From: Nitrospirota bacterium
GTDB lineage: Bacteria > Nitrospirota > Thermodesulfovibrionia > Thermodesulfovibrionales > JdFR-86
DNA: 64,000 bases
Direction: 5' to 3'
Assembly: GCA_963721805.1 (NCBI GenBank)
Contig: CAVRJY010000002.1
Location: 416,001 to 480,000, forward strand
Of this stretch, positions 9,835 to 19,837 are shown in pieces. Within the stretch, counting starts at the first letter, position 1. The number at the start of each line of letters is the position of its first letter. Below the pieces are notes generated by a model. The model was not told the origin of the DNA and did not search any database. It saw only the letters and a list, made by a program, of their open reading frames with translations. The position numbers and the translations under genes are program-made.

Positions 9835-11532
9835 TTGACCCTGCTAAGCCTCAGGAAGACATACCGCTCGGCCCAGCGGGCCCGGCAGATAGTCAACGTA
9901 TTTTTGAGGCACGGCTTCGGCAGCATCATAGACCAGATCCAGCTCGGCAGGTACATCCCCTTCAGGAAGCGCCTGAAGAGCTTCGGCCAGTGGAGCGCGC
10001 CCAAGGGGATCTCGGCCCCCGAGCGCCTGCGGATGTCGTTCGCCGAACTCGGGCCGAGCTTCATAAAGCTCGCCCAGATACTCTCGGCCCGGCCGGACCT
10101 GATAACCCCGCTTTACGCCAACGAGTTCAAGAAGCTCCAGGACAAGGTCCCTCCGTTTCCGGGCTACGAGTCGGTGCGCATCGTCGAGGAGGATTGCGGC
10201 AGGCCGATTGGCGAGGTCTTCGAGTGCTTTGACGAAGAGCCGGTGGCCGCGGCCTCGATAGCCCAGGTCCACTACGCCTCGCTGCACGACGGCCGCATGG
10301 TCATCGTCAAGGTCCGCCGTCCGAACATCAGCACCCAGATCGAGCAGGACATCGACATCCTGACCGTCGTCGCCCGCCTGATGGAAAACAACATCCCCGA
10401 AAGCAGGCACTTCAACCCCTCGGGGATCGTCAAGGAGTTCGGCCGCACGGTCAGGCGCGAACTGGACTTCATGGCCGAGGCGCGCAACTGCCAGCGGCTG
10501 GGCCACAACCTCAGGGACGTCCCGGGCGTCCATATCCCGGAGGTCATCCCGGAATACCTCTCGGAGCGCATGCTCGTGATGGAGCGCATCGACGGCGTGC
10601 GCATAGACGACGTCCCGGCCTTCGAGGCCATGGGCATAGAGCGCCACGACGTCTGCCAGAGGCTCGTCAACGTATACCTCAAGATGATCCTCGAGGACGG
10701 CTTCTTCCACGCCGACCCCCACCCGGGCAACATATTCGTCACGGCCGAGGGCACGGTCTGCCTGATGGACTTCGGCATCGTCGGCCGCGTCAGCGACGAG
10801 ACGCGCGAGGTAATCGCGAGCACCTTCATGGCCATGATTGCCCAGGATATCGACTCGCTGGTCGAGGCCCTCGTTACGCTCGGCTACCTGCCGGAGGACG
10901 CGGACGAGGCCCTGTTCCGGCGCGAGTTCCGCGACGACCTGGCGGACATCATCGAGCCACTGCACGGGGTCGCGCTTAAGGGCATAAACTTCTCGCGCAC
11001 GATGGAGGCGGTCGTGCAGACCGCGATCCACCACCGCCTGCGCCTGCCCTCCGAGATGATCCTCATAAGCAAGACGATGATGATGATGGAGGGCCTCGTC
11101 AGGGACATCTACCCTGAGTTCAACTTCGTGGCCGCGACCGAGCCTTACGCAAAGGGCATGGCGCAGCGCAGGCTGAGCCCCCGGTGGGCGGTGCATAAGG
11201 CGGGCAAGGAGCTGGCCGCGGCCGGAGACCTCCTGCTGAATCTCCCGCGCGATACGCACAAGCTCGTGAAGAAGGCCATCAAAAACGACATCGGCGTCAA
11301 GATGACCCTGCACGGGATGGACCAGCTCATCCGCGACATGGACCGCTCGAGCAACCGCGTTGCGTTCGCGATGGTCATCAGCGCGATCATCCTGAGTTCC
11401 GCCGTGCTGTTTATGAGCGGGAAGGGCCCGTCGTTTTACGGGATGCCTATTTTCGGGTTCCTCGGTTTCGGTTTCGCGTCCATCCTGGGCCTCTGGCTCG
11501 TGATCTCGATCATCAGGTCCGGCCGCATGTGA
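9835..11532 (+). CDS. UbiB/AarF (ABC1) family atypical kinase
   Basis: ELGPSFIKLAQ, AAASIAQVH, VKV, FFHADPHPGN, DFG; C-terminal TM helices. Confidence 0.92.
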   Translation: MTLLSLRKTYRSAQRARQIVNVFLRHGFGSIIDQIQLGRYIPFRKRLKSFGQWSAPKGISAPERLRMSFAELGPSFIKLAQILSARPDLITPLYANEFKKLQDKVPPFPGYESVRIVEEDCGRPIGEVFECFDEEPVAAASIAQVHYASLHDGRMVIVKVRRPNISTQIEQDIDILTVVARLMENNIPESRHFNPSGIVKEFGRTVRRELDFMAEARNCQRLGHNLRDVPGVHIPEVIPEYLSERMLVMERIDGVRIDDVPAFEAMGIERHDVCQRLVNVYLKMILEDGFFHADPHPGNIFVTAEGTVCLMDFGIVGRVSDETREVIASTFMAMIAQDIDSLVEALVTLGYLPEDADEALFRREFRDDLADIIEPLHGVALKGINFSRTMEAVVQTAIHHRLRLPSEMILISKTMMMMEGLVRDIYPEFNFVAATEPYAKGMAQRRLSPRWAVHKAGKELAAAGDLLLNLPRDTHKLVKKAIKNDIGVKMTLHGMDQLIRDMDRSSNRVAFAMVISAIILSSAVLFMSGKGPSFYGMPIFGFLGFGFASILGLWLVISIIRSGRM

Positions 11533-11589
11533 CCGGCATCGCAGGCGCCGGGCGTGAAAAAGGCCCGCCACCGGTTTTATAATATTTCT

Positions 11590-12228
11590 ATGTACAAGAT
11601 AGACCTGCACGTCCATACCAGCCACAGCGGAGACAACGACGCCGAGCCCGAGGAGGTCGTCCTCGAGGCCATCAGGCGCGGTCTCGACGGCCTCGTCTTC
11701 ACCGAACACTACTACTACGGGGCATCGGAATACGCCGAGCGGCTGGCCGAGCGATACCGGGGCCGGATCATCGTGATGCGCGGGGTCGAGTTCTCGGCCG
11801 CAGAGGGCCACTGCCTCGTGTTCGGGGCCGACACCGACCGGCTCGGGCTCAAACGCCCCTCGGTTACGGAGCTGACGTATGCCGTGGGCCGCGCCGGAGG
11901 GGTAGTGATCCCATCGCACCCATACCGCGGCGGAAGCGGGATAGGGGACCTCGTATACAGCGCCCCGGGGATCATCGCGCTTGAGGGCTGTAACGGGTGC
12001 AACCTCCACGCGATGAACGAGATGGCGATCTCGGCCGCGAAGATCCTGGGCGTCCCGTATACCGGCGGCTCCGACGCACATTCGCCGCAGGACGTCGGAG
12101 GCTGCTACACCGTGTTTGAGTCCCCGGTGACGCCCGAAAACTTCATCGGGCTTCTGCGCGGCGGCAGGTATACCGGCCGCGACGACCGCAAGATCAGCCG
12201 GGGGGCTGCCTCCCCATATTGCAGTTGA
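11590..12228 (+). CDS. PHP domain metal-dependent phosphoesterase
   Basis: DLHVHT, FTEH, SHPYR, GGSDAH motifs. Confidence 0.88.
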   Translation: MYKIDLHVHTSHSGDNDAEPEEVVLEAIRRGLDGLVFTEHYYYGASEYAERLAERYRGRIIVMRGVEFSAAEGHCLVFGADTDRLGLKRPSVTELTYAVGRAGGVVIPSHPYRGGSGIGDLVYSAPGIIALEGCNGCNLHAMNEMAISAAKILGVPYTGGSDAHSPQDVGGCYTVFESPVTPENFIGLLRGGRYTGRDDRKISRGAASPYCS

Positions 12229-12260
12229 ACCAGCCGCGGCTTCGCGTATAATTAAGTCCA

Positions 12261-13798
12261 ATGACCCTCCAGCGAAAGATAATCTCGAGCTTCGTCCTGA
12301 GCGCCGTGATAGTCTCGGCTTTCGTCATCACCTCTTTCGTAACCCTCTCGGACATCCGCAGGGACATACGGTATATCGAACTGACGGACTCGATCCGGAC
12401 CAAGACGCTCCAGCTGCGGCGGCACGAGGAGAACTTCCTGCTGTACCGCGAGCAGGCCGAGATCGACGCCCTGCACCAAAACCTCGCGGAGATCAACGCG
12501 CTCATAACCGAGGGCCGCGCGTTTGACGACCGGGGCAGCATCGCGAAGCTCGAGGCCCGCACCAAGCGGTATTCGGACCTCTTCGGGGAGATCGTGGCCG
12601 GCATCGCCGCGATCGAAAACGGCATAGACGGCCAGGGCGGCGGCCCGGGCCGCGCCTCCATGATGAAGGCCGCGTTCGTCGAGCGGCCTTTGCTGACCGC
12701 CGGGTTCATCGAGCGCAGCGAACCCGGACTGGCCGCGCTCGCGCCGGCCCTCCGGAGGCTCGACGGACAGATGACCGAGCGGCGACTGATCGGCGATGAG
12801 ATCATCGACATCTCGCGCGAGATCGACAGGCGCGCCCGCGCGGAGGTCGACCGCTCGATCACGGTCGCGGCTACGGCGGCGCTCACGATCTTCCCCGCGT
12901 TTCTGATTGTAGGGTTCGCCGGGCTTTTCTTCATCAGCCGAAACGTGGTCAGGCGGCTCAACATCCTCATGCGGGCGGCCGAATCCACCGGCAGGGGAGA
13001 TTTCAGGCCGATCCCGGCGCCCCGCGATAACGACGAGGTCGGGGCGCTCATGGCCGCCTTCGACAAGATGGAGGCCGACCTCAGGGAGCGCGACGAGGAG
13101 ATCATGAACAAAAACGAGGAGCTCTTCCAGAGCCGCAAGCTCGCCTCGATCGGCACGCTCGCCTCCGGCGTGGCGCACGAACTCAACAACCCGCTTAACA
13201 ACATATACCTTTCGGCCCAGGTGCTGGTAAATGAGATCCCGGAGGGCTCGCCCCCGATGGTGCAGGAGACGGTCGAGGAGATATACTCCGAGACCCTGCG
13301 CGTAAAGCGGATCGTAAGCGACCTGCTGGAGTTCTCGCGCTCGAAGCAGCCGGAACTCGCCGAGGTCGACACGGCCGGGCTCGTGCGCGGCATCGTCAGC
13401 CAGAGGCTCGACTCGGCGAAGGCCGCCGGCGTGCGAGTTCGACGACCGGATGCCTGTGCGCGCACCCGCGATGGCCGACCGCCACATGCTCGAGCAGGCG
13501 GTCATAAACCTCGTCGATAACGCGATAGACGCTATGCGGGGCCACGGCACGCTGAGCGCCACGGCGGGCGAGGCGGGGGGCTCGGTCGCTGCTCACGCTG
13601 GCCGATACCGGCGAGGGCATGAGCGAGGCGAGCCTCAAGAAGATATTCGACCCGTTCTATACGACCAAGGACAAGGGGACCGGCCTCGGACTTTCGATCG
13701 TATACAGTATAATAGAGAAACACGGCGGCTCTATAACCGTAGAGTCCGCCGAGGGCAAGGGCACGAGCTTCCATATCACGCTGCCCAAAGGGAGATAG
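12261..13798 (+). CDS. HAMP-domain sensor histidine kinase (two +1 frameshifts near 13433 and 13588)
   Basis: Two TM segments, HAMP, H-box GVAHELNNPL; N-box LEQAVINLVDNAIDA in next frame; DTGEGM, FDPFYTTK, GTGLGL in third frame ending TAG at 13796-13798. Confidence 0.85.
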
Positions 13799-13802
13799 GG
13801 CG

Positions 13803-15127
13803 TTGCGCATACTTATCGCTGAAGACGAGGAAATATCCTTAAAGCACATGCTCTACGCCCTCAAGAAGGCCGGCCATGACGTCACGGGCGTCGGTAACGG
13901 CCTCGAGGCGCTCGAAAAGTTCAAGTCCAGCGGCTTCGACCTCCTGATCGCGGACCTGAAGATGCCGGGCATGGACGGCATGGCGCTGCTGGCCGAGGTC
14001 AAGGAGAAATACCCGGACACCCCGGTGATGATCGTCACGGGGTTCGGGAGCATAGACTCCGCGGTATCCGCCATGCGCAAGGGGGCGGATGAATATCTCA
14101 CGAAGCCGATAAGCCTCAACGAGCTCGGCTCCAAGGTGAGCCGCGTACTGGCCAAGAGGAGCGCCGAGAACGAAAACGCGGCCGCGAGGCTGCCCCTCGA
14201 ACTCGGGATGCAGATCCCGTTTATCGCCAGGAGCCGCGCCATGAAGGCGATTGCCAACACGATCGAGGCGATCTCGGGCTCTGACTGCAACGTCTTCATC
14301 ACGGGCGAAAGCGGCGTGGGCAAGGGGCTGGTCGCTAAGCTCATCCACTACTCCAGCAGGCGCAAGCAGAAGCGCTTCGTCGCGATAAACTGCGCCCTTT
14401 TCACAGAGGAACTCCTCGCAAGCGAGCTGTTCGGCCACGAAAAGGGCGCGTTTACGGGCGCGGTAAAGCCCAAGCGCGGCCTGCTTGAGATCGCCCACGG
14501 CGGCACGCTTTTCCTCGACGAGATAGGCGAGATGTCCGTCGCGCTTCAGGCCAAGTTCCTGAAAGTCGTCGAGGAGCGGGAGTTCATGCGCGTCGGCGGG
14601 ACCAGTTCCATCGCCTCGGACGTACGGTTCATAGCTGCGACGAACCAGAACATCACGGTCGTGCTCTCGTCGGGTAAGTTCCGCGAGGACCTGTACTACA
14701 GGCTCAACGTGATGGACATATACATCCCACCGCTTCGTGACCGCAAGGACGACATCCTGCCGCTGTGCAAGTACTTCCTCCAGAAACACTCCCGGAAGAA
14801 CATGAAGACCTTCAAGGGTTTCACGAACGAGGCCCTGGAACTCCTTAAATCCTATAGCTTTCCCGGCAACGTGCGCGAGCTCGAAAACATCATCGAGCGC
14901 GCCGTTATCCTCGAACAGAAGTCTCTCGATCACCGATAGAGCACTTTCCACAGGCGATCAAGATGTTTCAGATTGAAACAATTGAACCCGGAAAGATCAA
15001 GTCCATCGAGGAGCTCAATACGGATTACGCGAAGATGGTTCTGGAGTACGCGAACAATAACAAGACAAAGGCCGCGGAATTGCTGGGAATTTCCAGAACC
15101 AACCTCTGGAGGATGCTTAAGAAGTAG
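13803..15127 (+). CDS. Sigma-54-dependent response regulator (NtrC family); frameshifted near 14925-14935
   Basis: Receiver, [23 protein letters not shown]; Fis [25 protein letters not shown] in another frame ending TAG 15125-15127. Confidence 0.9.
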
Positions 15128-15136
15128 CATCATACC

Positions 15137-15172
15137 GTTTCAAACTGTTCAACACTGTTTCAAATAGCAACA
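15137..15172. promoter_or_regulatory. Candidate tandem enhancer (bEBP binding) sites
   Basis: cGTTTCAAActgttCAACA / tGTTTCAAAtagCAACA imperfect tandem repeat incl. TGT-N11-ACA, about 55-90 bp upstream of the sigma-54 promoter. Confidence 0.45.
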
Positions 15173-15226
15173 TCAAGATCAACCCTCCAAAAGCAATAAT
15201 TCTTTAAAATCGAATGCTTTGCCTCC

Positions 15227-15242
15227 TGGCACATATCTTGGA
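15227..15242 (+). promoter_or_regulatory. Sigma-54 (-24/-12) promoter candidate
   Basis: TGGCAC-ATATC-TTGGA (consensus TGGCAC-N5-TTGCW, one mismatch) directly downstream of a sigma-54 activator gene. Confidence 0.55.
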
Positions 15243-15254
15243 TTATGTCCAGGC

Positions 15255-15743
15255 ATGAGAGAAAAGCTCCTATTCATTACCATGAACACCGAGCAGGTCG
15301 ACGAGGGTCTCGATTACGTCCTGCAGCTCGCCACCACGATGTTCAGCGGCATAGCGATCATCCTCGTCAGCAAAAGCCCCGTCTCCTCGATATACGAAAA
15401 CCTGATCTCCTCCATAACGTCCGCCGGGAGGGCGAGGGAGACCGCGCTCCGCATGCTCCAGGGCGATGACAGCGAACTCGACGAGGCCGAGCGCACGGCC
15501 ATAGAGGCGCTCAGGGCCCGCTGCGCCCAGCACTCGATAGCGCCCTCGATACACCTGATGAGCGGTGACCCGCTGAAGGTGATCGAGACGTTCGTGGCCG
15601 CCCACAGCGGAATCGAGATGGTATTCCTGAGCCCGAGCCTCTCGGCGCGCAAGGACATAAAGAGGGTGCTCAAGCAAAATCTGCTCAAGCGGATAGACAA
15701 GCCTGTGGTCACTATCAGGCGGCTCACCGAATCCGCGGGCTGA
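15255..15743 (+). CDS. Hypothetical protein (USP-like fold possible)
   Basis: ORF with host-like codon usage, first gene after sigma-54 promoter; ends KPVVTI like USP domains. Confidence 0.6.
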   Translation: MREKLLFITMNTEQVDEGLDYVLQLATTMFSGIAIILVSKSPVSSIYENLISSITSAGRARETALRMLQGDDSELDEAERTAIEALRARCAQHSIAPSIHLMSGDPLKVIETFVAAHSGIEMVFLSPSLSARKDIKRVLKQNLLKRIDKPVVTIRRLTESAG

Positions 15744-15864
15744 ACATGAAATGGAGGGCGCTCGTTGAAGGCATGACAGTGGCGGTTCATCCGTTCGTCC
15801 GAGGCCGCGAGGGCCATGAGCGAATAGTATGGCTAATCTTGATGCACAAAAAGGAGGAAGCACC

Positions 15865-15978
15865 ATGAAAGGGATCAAGGGATCGTCGACGGGGTTGATC
15901 CCCGTCGGAAAGCGCGCCGAGGCGGGCGCGGGCAGCACGGCGGGACAGGCCCCGGCGCATAATCGGACGGGAAGGTAA
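15865..15978 (+). CDS. Unannotated 37-aa small ORF
   Basis: AAGGAGG RBS upstream; MKGIKGSSTGLIPVGKRAEAGAGSTAGQAPAHNRTGR; TAATG overlap with the next gene. Confidence 0.45.
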   Translation: MKGIKGSSTGLIPVGKRAEAGAGSTAGQAPAHNRTGR

Positions 15979-16223
15979 TGGCCATGGCAAAGAAAAAGCC
16001 GTACGTGCAGGTAGCATTCTGGGGGGCGATCTCGATAGCCATGTTCGCCGCCATGTATGTCTACGAGACCGATATCACCACCACCTTCAGCAAGGGCGGC
16101 TGGTACGCATTCCTGCCGATAGCGACCGCGTTCGCGTTCTCGTTCGTGCACGGCAACTTCACCGGCAAGTTCTGGAGCGTCGTCGGCATCGAGGCCTCCA
16201 ACAAGATCAAGGGAGGTAAATAA
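15978..16223 (+). CDS. Small two-TM membrane protein associated with TauE/SafE transporter
   Basis: Two hydrophobic segments, LPIATAFAFSFVHGNFTGKFWSVVGI motif. Confidence 0.75.
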   Translation: MAMAKKKPYVQVAFWGAISIAMFAAMYVYETDITTTFSKGGWYAFLPIATAFAFSFVHGNFTGKFWSVVGIEASNKIKGGK

Positions 16224-16225
16224 CC

Positions 16226-17309
16226 ATGCACGACATCGCAAGCAGCGTGGCCAATTTCATCGACCTCAATTCGATGAACATCATATACCTGTTCCTGGTC
16301 GGGTTCGTGGGCGGCCTCGTCAGCGGGTTCATAGGCTCCGGCGGCGCGTTCGTCCTCACCCCCGGCATGATGAGCCTCGGCGTGCCCGGGCTCGTCGCGG
16401 TCGCAAGCAACATGTGCCACAAGTTCCCCAAGGCGCTGGTGGGGTCGATGAAGCGGGCCAAGTACGGGCAGGTCGACGTCAAGCTCGGCGTCGTGCTCGG
16501 CATATCGGCCGAGGCCGGCGTGCTCTACGGAGCGCAAATTCAGGAAAACATCAAGGCCCGGTTCGGCGATGCGGGATCGAACCTCTACGTCAGCGCGGCC
16601 TTCGTAGTGATCCTCGCGGTCGTAGGAGGCTTCGTGCTCTATGACGCCTGGAAGACCCACCAAAGCGGCGCCACGCAACGAGGAAGAGAAGGTCTGCAAG
16701 CTCGCCAAATGGGTGCAGTCCATCAACATCCCCGGCACGATGGTCTATTTCAAGGCCATCAACGCCCGCGTGTCGATCCTCTTTACGATCCCGCTGGGGT
16801 TCGCAACCGGCATGCTCGCGGCCACTATCGCAGTGGGCGGCTTCATCGGAGTGCCTGCGATGATCTACGTCCTTGGCGCGCCGAGCCTCATAGCCTCGGC
16901 CACCGAACTCGTGATAGCGTTCGTCATGGGCGTGGGCGGCTCGTTTAAGTACGCGATGCACGGCCTCGTCGACATCAGGCTCGCGATGATCATCCTCGGC
17001 GGCTCGCTCTTCGGCATCCAGCTCGGGGCGATGGGCACCACGTACGTCAAGCCCTTCATGGTCAAGGTCGTCATGGGTGTCATCATGGTAGTCGTGCTCT
17101 TCAGCCGCGGCCTGATGGTCCCGGTCTATATGGCCCAGCTCGGCATGATCGATAAGATCGAGGACCACACGGTCAAGGTGCTCAGCTCCACGAGCTTCGC
17201 TATCATGATCTTTGCGCTGATGGTCGGGGCGGGCATCATCCTCAAGGCGATGTACGTGGGCCGCAGGGCCGAGCGCCTGAGCGCCATTGCCCAGGATGAG
17301 CGCGTATAA
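16226..17309 (+). CDS. Sulfite exporter TauE/SafE family protein (+1 frameshift near 16672)
   Basis: GGLVSGFIGSGGAFVLTP in first half; IAVGGFIGVPAMIYVLG repeat in next frame; GGAGG RBS. Confidence 0.85.
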
Positions 17310-18168
17310 GAAACTCCTGGTCGCGTTCGACGGCTCCGGATCGAGCCGTAACGCGCTGGTCCAGGCCTTCTCGCTCGCGCAGCGGGAGAAGGCCTGGATC
17401 AAGGTCCTGGCCGTAGTGCCCTCGTACGACGGCGACATAGACCTAAGCGGCGTAGGCGACATCGAGGCCGTGCTCAAGGGCCCCGGCGAGAAGCTTGTAG
17501 CCGAGGCCCGCCGGATGGCGGACGAGGCGAGGGTTAACGTCCTGACCGGCGTCGGGCAGGGCGAGGTCTACGAGAAGATCGTCGAGGTGGCCGGGGACGA
17601 GCGCTGCGGCCTGATCGTGATGGGCCGGCGCGGCCACCACGATATCGGCCGGATGGTGATCGGCAGCGTAACCGCCAGAGTTATCGCCCACAGCACAATG
17701 GACGTCCTCGTCTTCCCTCTTGGCACCGGGCTCGGATGGGGCCGCATCCTGCTTGCGACCGACGGCTCGGAATGCAGCCTCGCCGCGGCACAGAGGGCCA
17801 TAGCCTTTTGCGCGGCTTACGGCTCCGCGCTCTCGGCCGTCTCTGTCGTCCACGCGCCCGTCGAGATGTACGCCGAGGCCCCGAAGCTCGTCGAGCGCAT
17901 GATCGAGAAGTCCCGCTCTATCCTCGACGGCATAGCTGCCCTGGCCGGGAGGTCCGGCGTAAAGATCGAGACGCACGTCAGGGAGGGAGAGCCGGACGAG
18001 GAGGTTATCAAGCTTGCGACGGAGCTTGAGGCCGAGATGATCGTGATGGGGAGCCATGGGAGGACGGGCATCAAAAAAGTAATCATGGGGTCGGTCACCG
18101 AAAAGGTGATCGCGGAAGCCGTACTGCCCGGTATTGGTCGCAAAAGCCTAATCTTATCCAACGCATAG
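17296..18168 (+). CDS. Tandem universal stress protein (true C-terminus probably CPVLVAKA, stop ~18151, after a +1 insertion)
   Basis: LLVAFDGS / ILLATDGS, IVMGRRG / IVMGSHGRTG, GSVT twice. Confidence 0.9.
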   Translation: MSAYKKLLVAFDGSGSSRNALVQAFSLAQREKAWIKVLAVVPSYDGDIDLSGVGDIEAVLKGPGEKLVAEARRMADEARVNVLTGVGQGEVYEKIVEVAGDERCGLIVMGRRGHHDIGRMVIGSVTARVIAHSTMDVLVFPLGTGLGWGRILLATDGSECSLAAAQRAIAFCAAYGSALSAVSVVHAPVEMYAEAPKLVERMIEKSRSILDGIAALAGRSGVKIETHVREGEPDEEVIKLATELEAEMIVMGSHGRTGIKKVIMGSVTEKVIAEAVLPGIGRKSLILSNA

Positions 18169-18188
18169 CTGCTATCCCACCTTTATTC

Positions 18189-18358
18189 AAAACGCTCCAA
18201 ATCGCTTGATACTGCGTTGGGCATCAAAGACTCGCCCTCTATGTACGCCCAAGTACACCATCGGGCGGTCTTCTCGCCCTGCCTTGTCTGAAGACGATTT
18301 GGGCGCGCTTTCGGGGGGCACGGACGAAGGACGCCCCCCGCGCCCCCAAGGTCAACGG
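18189..18358 (+). repeat. Long-hairpin repeat copy A (hairpin 18189-18311) plus GGTCAACGG boundary motif (18350-18358)
   Basis: Near-identical to 59276-59398; self-complementary ends CCAAATCG/CGATTTGG, apical TGTAC-N6-GTACA. Confidence 0.9.
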
Positions 18359-18477
18359 CTTAGTTTGATACTTATTAGACATGCATAATTCCGCATTAAT
18401 TCTATCCTTTGCATTGAGATGCGCATTTTTGTACAATACTAATGAACATCACTAATTAAACTTGTGAAAGGAAATAT

Positions 18478-18852
18478 ATGGCACAAGCAATGGGTTCGTT
18501 AGCTGCAATAGTAACAAGCATTGGTTCAGGTCTAAGCCAACTTATTAAAGAGTCTGCACAAGTATCTGATTCAAAGGACTTAAGCGTGATAGATAACGCA
18601 GTGAAACGGCAAACGTCGGAGCTTAAAATGGCTCATGCTCAAGCAAAAGTAGCTCAAGAGTTAGCAATTTCTGAAAGAATCAGCAATGCTAATGAGGTTA
18701 TCATTGAAGAATATTATGAGGGCGAGGGAAAAGGTAAAACTGGAGTATCAAGTGACGGCAGTAGTTTTGATATAGGTCTTTCAGTTGAGGGAAAACGTGT
18801 TAGTAAGAGGATTTATAGATTCAAAGGCTTACGCCCAATACCAAAAAAGTAA
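18478..18852 (+). CDS. AT-rich hypothetical protein (accessory cargo gene)
   Basis: 124-aa ORF with AAAGGA RBS in a visibly AT-rich segment beginning right after GGTCAACGG. Confidence 0.7.
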   Translation: MAQAMGSLAAIVTSIGSGLSQLIKESAQVSDSKDLSVIDNAVKRQTSELKMAHAQAKVAQELAISERISNANEVIIEEYYEGEGKGKTGVSSDGSSFDIGLSVEGKRVSKRIYRFKGLRPIPKK

Positions 18853-18880
18853 CAATCATTAATCTGTTAAGTTAAGTTTT

Positions 18881-18944
18881 CTAGTACCAGAACTCTGGAT
18901 ACCGTCGCGTCTTGGAGATGTTATTTGACGATAAGGGCTATGGT
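18881..18944 (-). pseudogene. Remnant duplicate of the 3' end of the HPP-family gene
   Basis: Reverse strand reads TIALIV[+1]NNISKTRRYPEFWY*; intact gene at 19838 ends LIALLVNNIPKTRRYPEFWY*. Confidence 0.85.
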
Positions 18945-18967
18945 AGGCATGCGTGGCAAGCTGGGGC

Positions 18968-19003
18968 AAAAAAAAGGAGCCTGCCCGTCGGGGCAGGCTC
19001 CTT
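18968..19003 (-). terminator. Rho-independent terminator of the beta-barrel gene
   Basis: AAGGAGCCTGCCC-gtcg-GGGCAGGCTCCTT stem followed by a U-tract on the minus strand. Confidence 0.85.
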
Positions 19004-19048
19004 GATATGTTCATTCAGCCGAGACCGGATACCCTCCGCTGGAGGGTC

Positions 19049-19624
19049 CTAGAACGAGAACCCTACGGTCAGGATTCCGGTGTGGAACAGAAGCGGATCG
19101 TTGGTGTGCTTGATAGTCGTAGCCTTCGCGTCGTATACCAGTTTCGTAAATAAGTTCTTCGTTATATCCCACCGGACGCCGACTCCGGCGTTATAAGAAA
19201 AATACGTATCATCAGTATCGGCTTCGTCGCTATGGACGGAGCTGAAATTGATGAAGCCGACGCCGGCGGTCAAGAGCGGGGTGATGTGGCCGTTTAAAAT
19301 ATTGTAATCGACGTTGAGGTCCATCCCAGTGAGGTTTACGTAGTCTTTATAACCCAGCACCCTGAGTTCCTTCTGGGACCAATTGACGTTTGCGTTGATG
19401 TTGAAGTTGTTCGTTATGTTGTAGCCATACCCCACCGCAACCGCTGCGGCAGGGTCGAATTTGATGTCCACATCCGAGTGTCTCGGCTCGGTCATGGCGT
19501 TGCTTGCGTACTCTGCGGAGACAAAGATCTCGTTGAGTCCCTGTCTGCTCCAGTCATCGGCGCTGCACGGCACGGATACTGCGAGAATAACCAGCGACAC
19601 CAGCAACAGCAATGCCTTCTTCAT
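19049..19624 (-). CDS. Outer-membrane beta-barrel protein (OMP_b-brl/OmpA-like TM domain)
   Basis: Signal peptide, alternating beta-strand pattern (FSYNAGVGVRW), C-terminal Phe (VGFSF); AAGGAGG RBS. Confidence 0.85.
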   Translation of the reverse strand: MKKALLLLVSLVILAVSVPCSADDWSRQGLNEIFVSAEYASNAMTEPRHSDVDIKFDPAAAVAVGYGYNITNNFNINANVNWSQKELRVLGYKDYVNLTGMDLNVDYNILNGHITPLLTAGVGFINFSSVHSDEADTDDTYFSYNAGVGVRWDITKNLFTKLVYDAKATTIKHTNDPLLFHTGILTVGFSF

Positions 19625-19725
19625 AGCCCCGTCCTCCTTAAATCTCTTTAGGCCTGCATGCAGCGCCTGTTTAACCGTGGCCCGAAAAGGGCCTTCGTTC
19701 CGATGCGTCCGCCCATATTGAATAA

Positions 19726-19754
19726 TATCTATACCAGTTTGCGATGGATGTCAA
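19726..19754 (-). promoter_or_regulatory. Sigma-70 promoter candidate for the beta-barrel gene
   Basis: Minus strand TTGACA-N17-TAGATA. Confidence 0.5.
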
Positions 19755-19837
19755 TACGAAACAGCCGGATCCGGGAAATGAATAACCTGATTGGAGGCGA
19801 TGCGAGACCGCGAACTGGCGCTTACCGGCGCTTTCCG

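Noticed and set aside
15830..15846. Second sigma-54 promoter TGGCTAATCTTGATGCA
   Set aside because: GG-to-GC spacing is 11, not 10.
18189..18311. Hairpin repeat as integron attC site, CRISPR repeat or tRNA
   Set aside because: No RYYYAAC/GTTRRRY ends bounding the hairpin, no tandem repeat-spacer array, no cloverleaf, and no intI or cas gene in the window.
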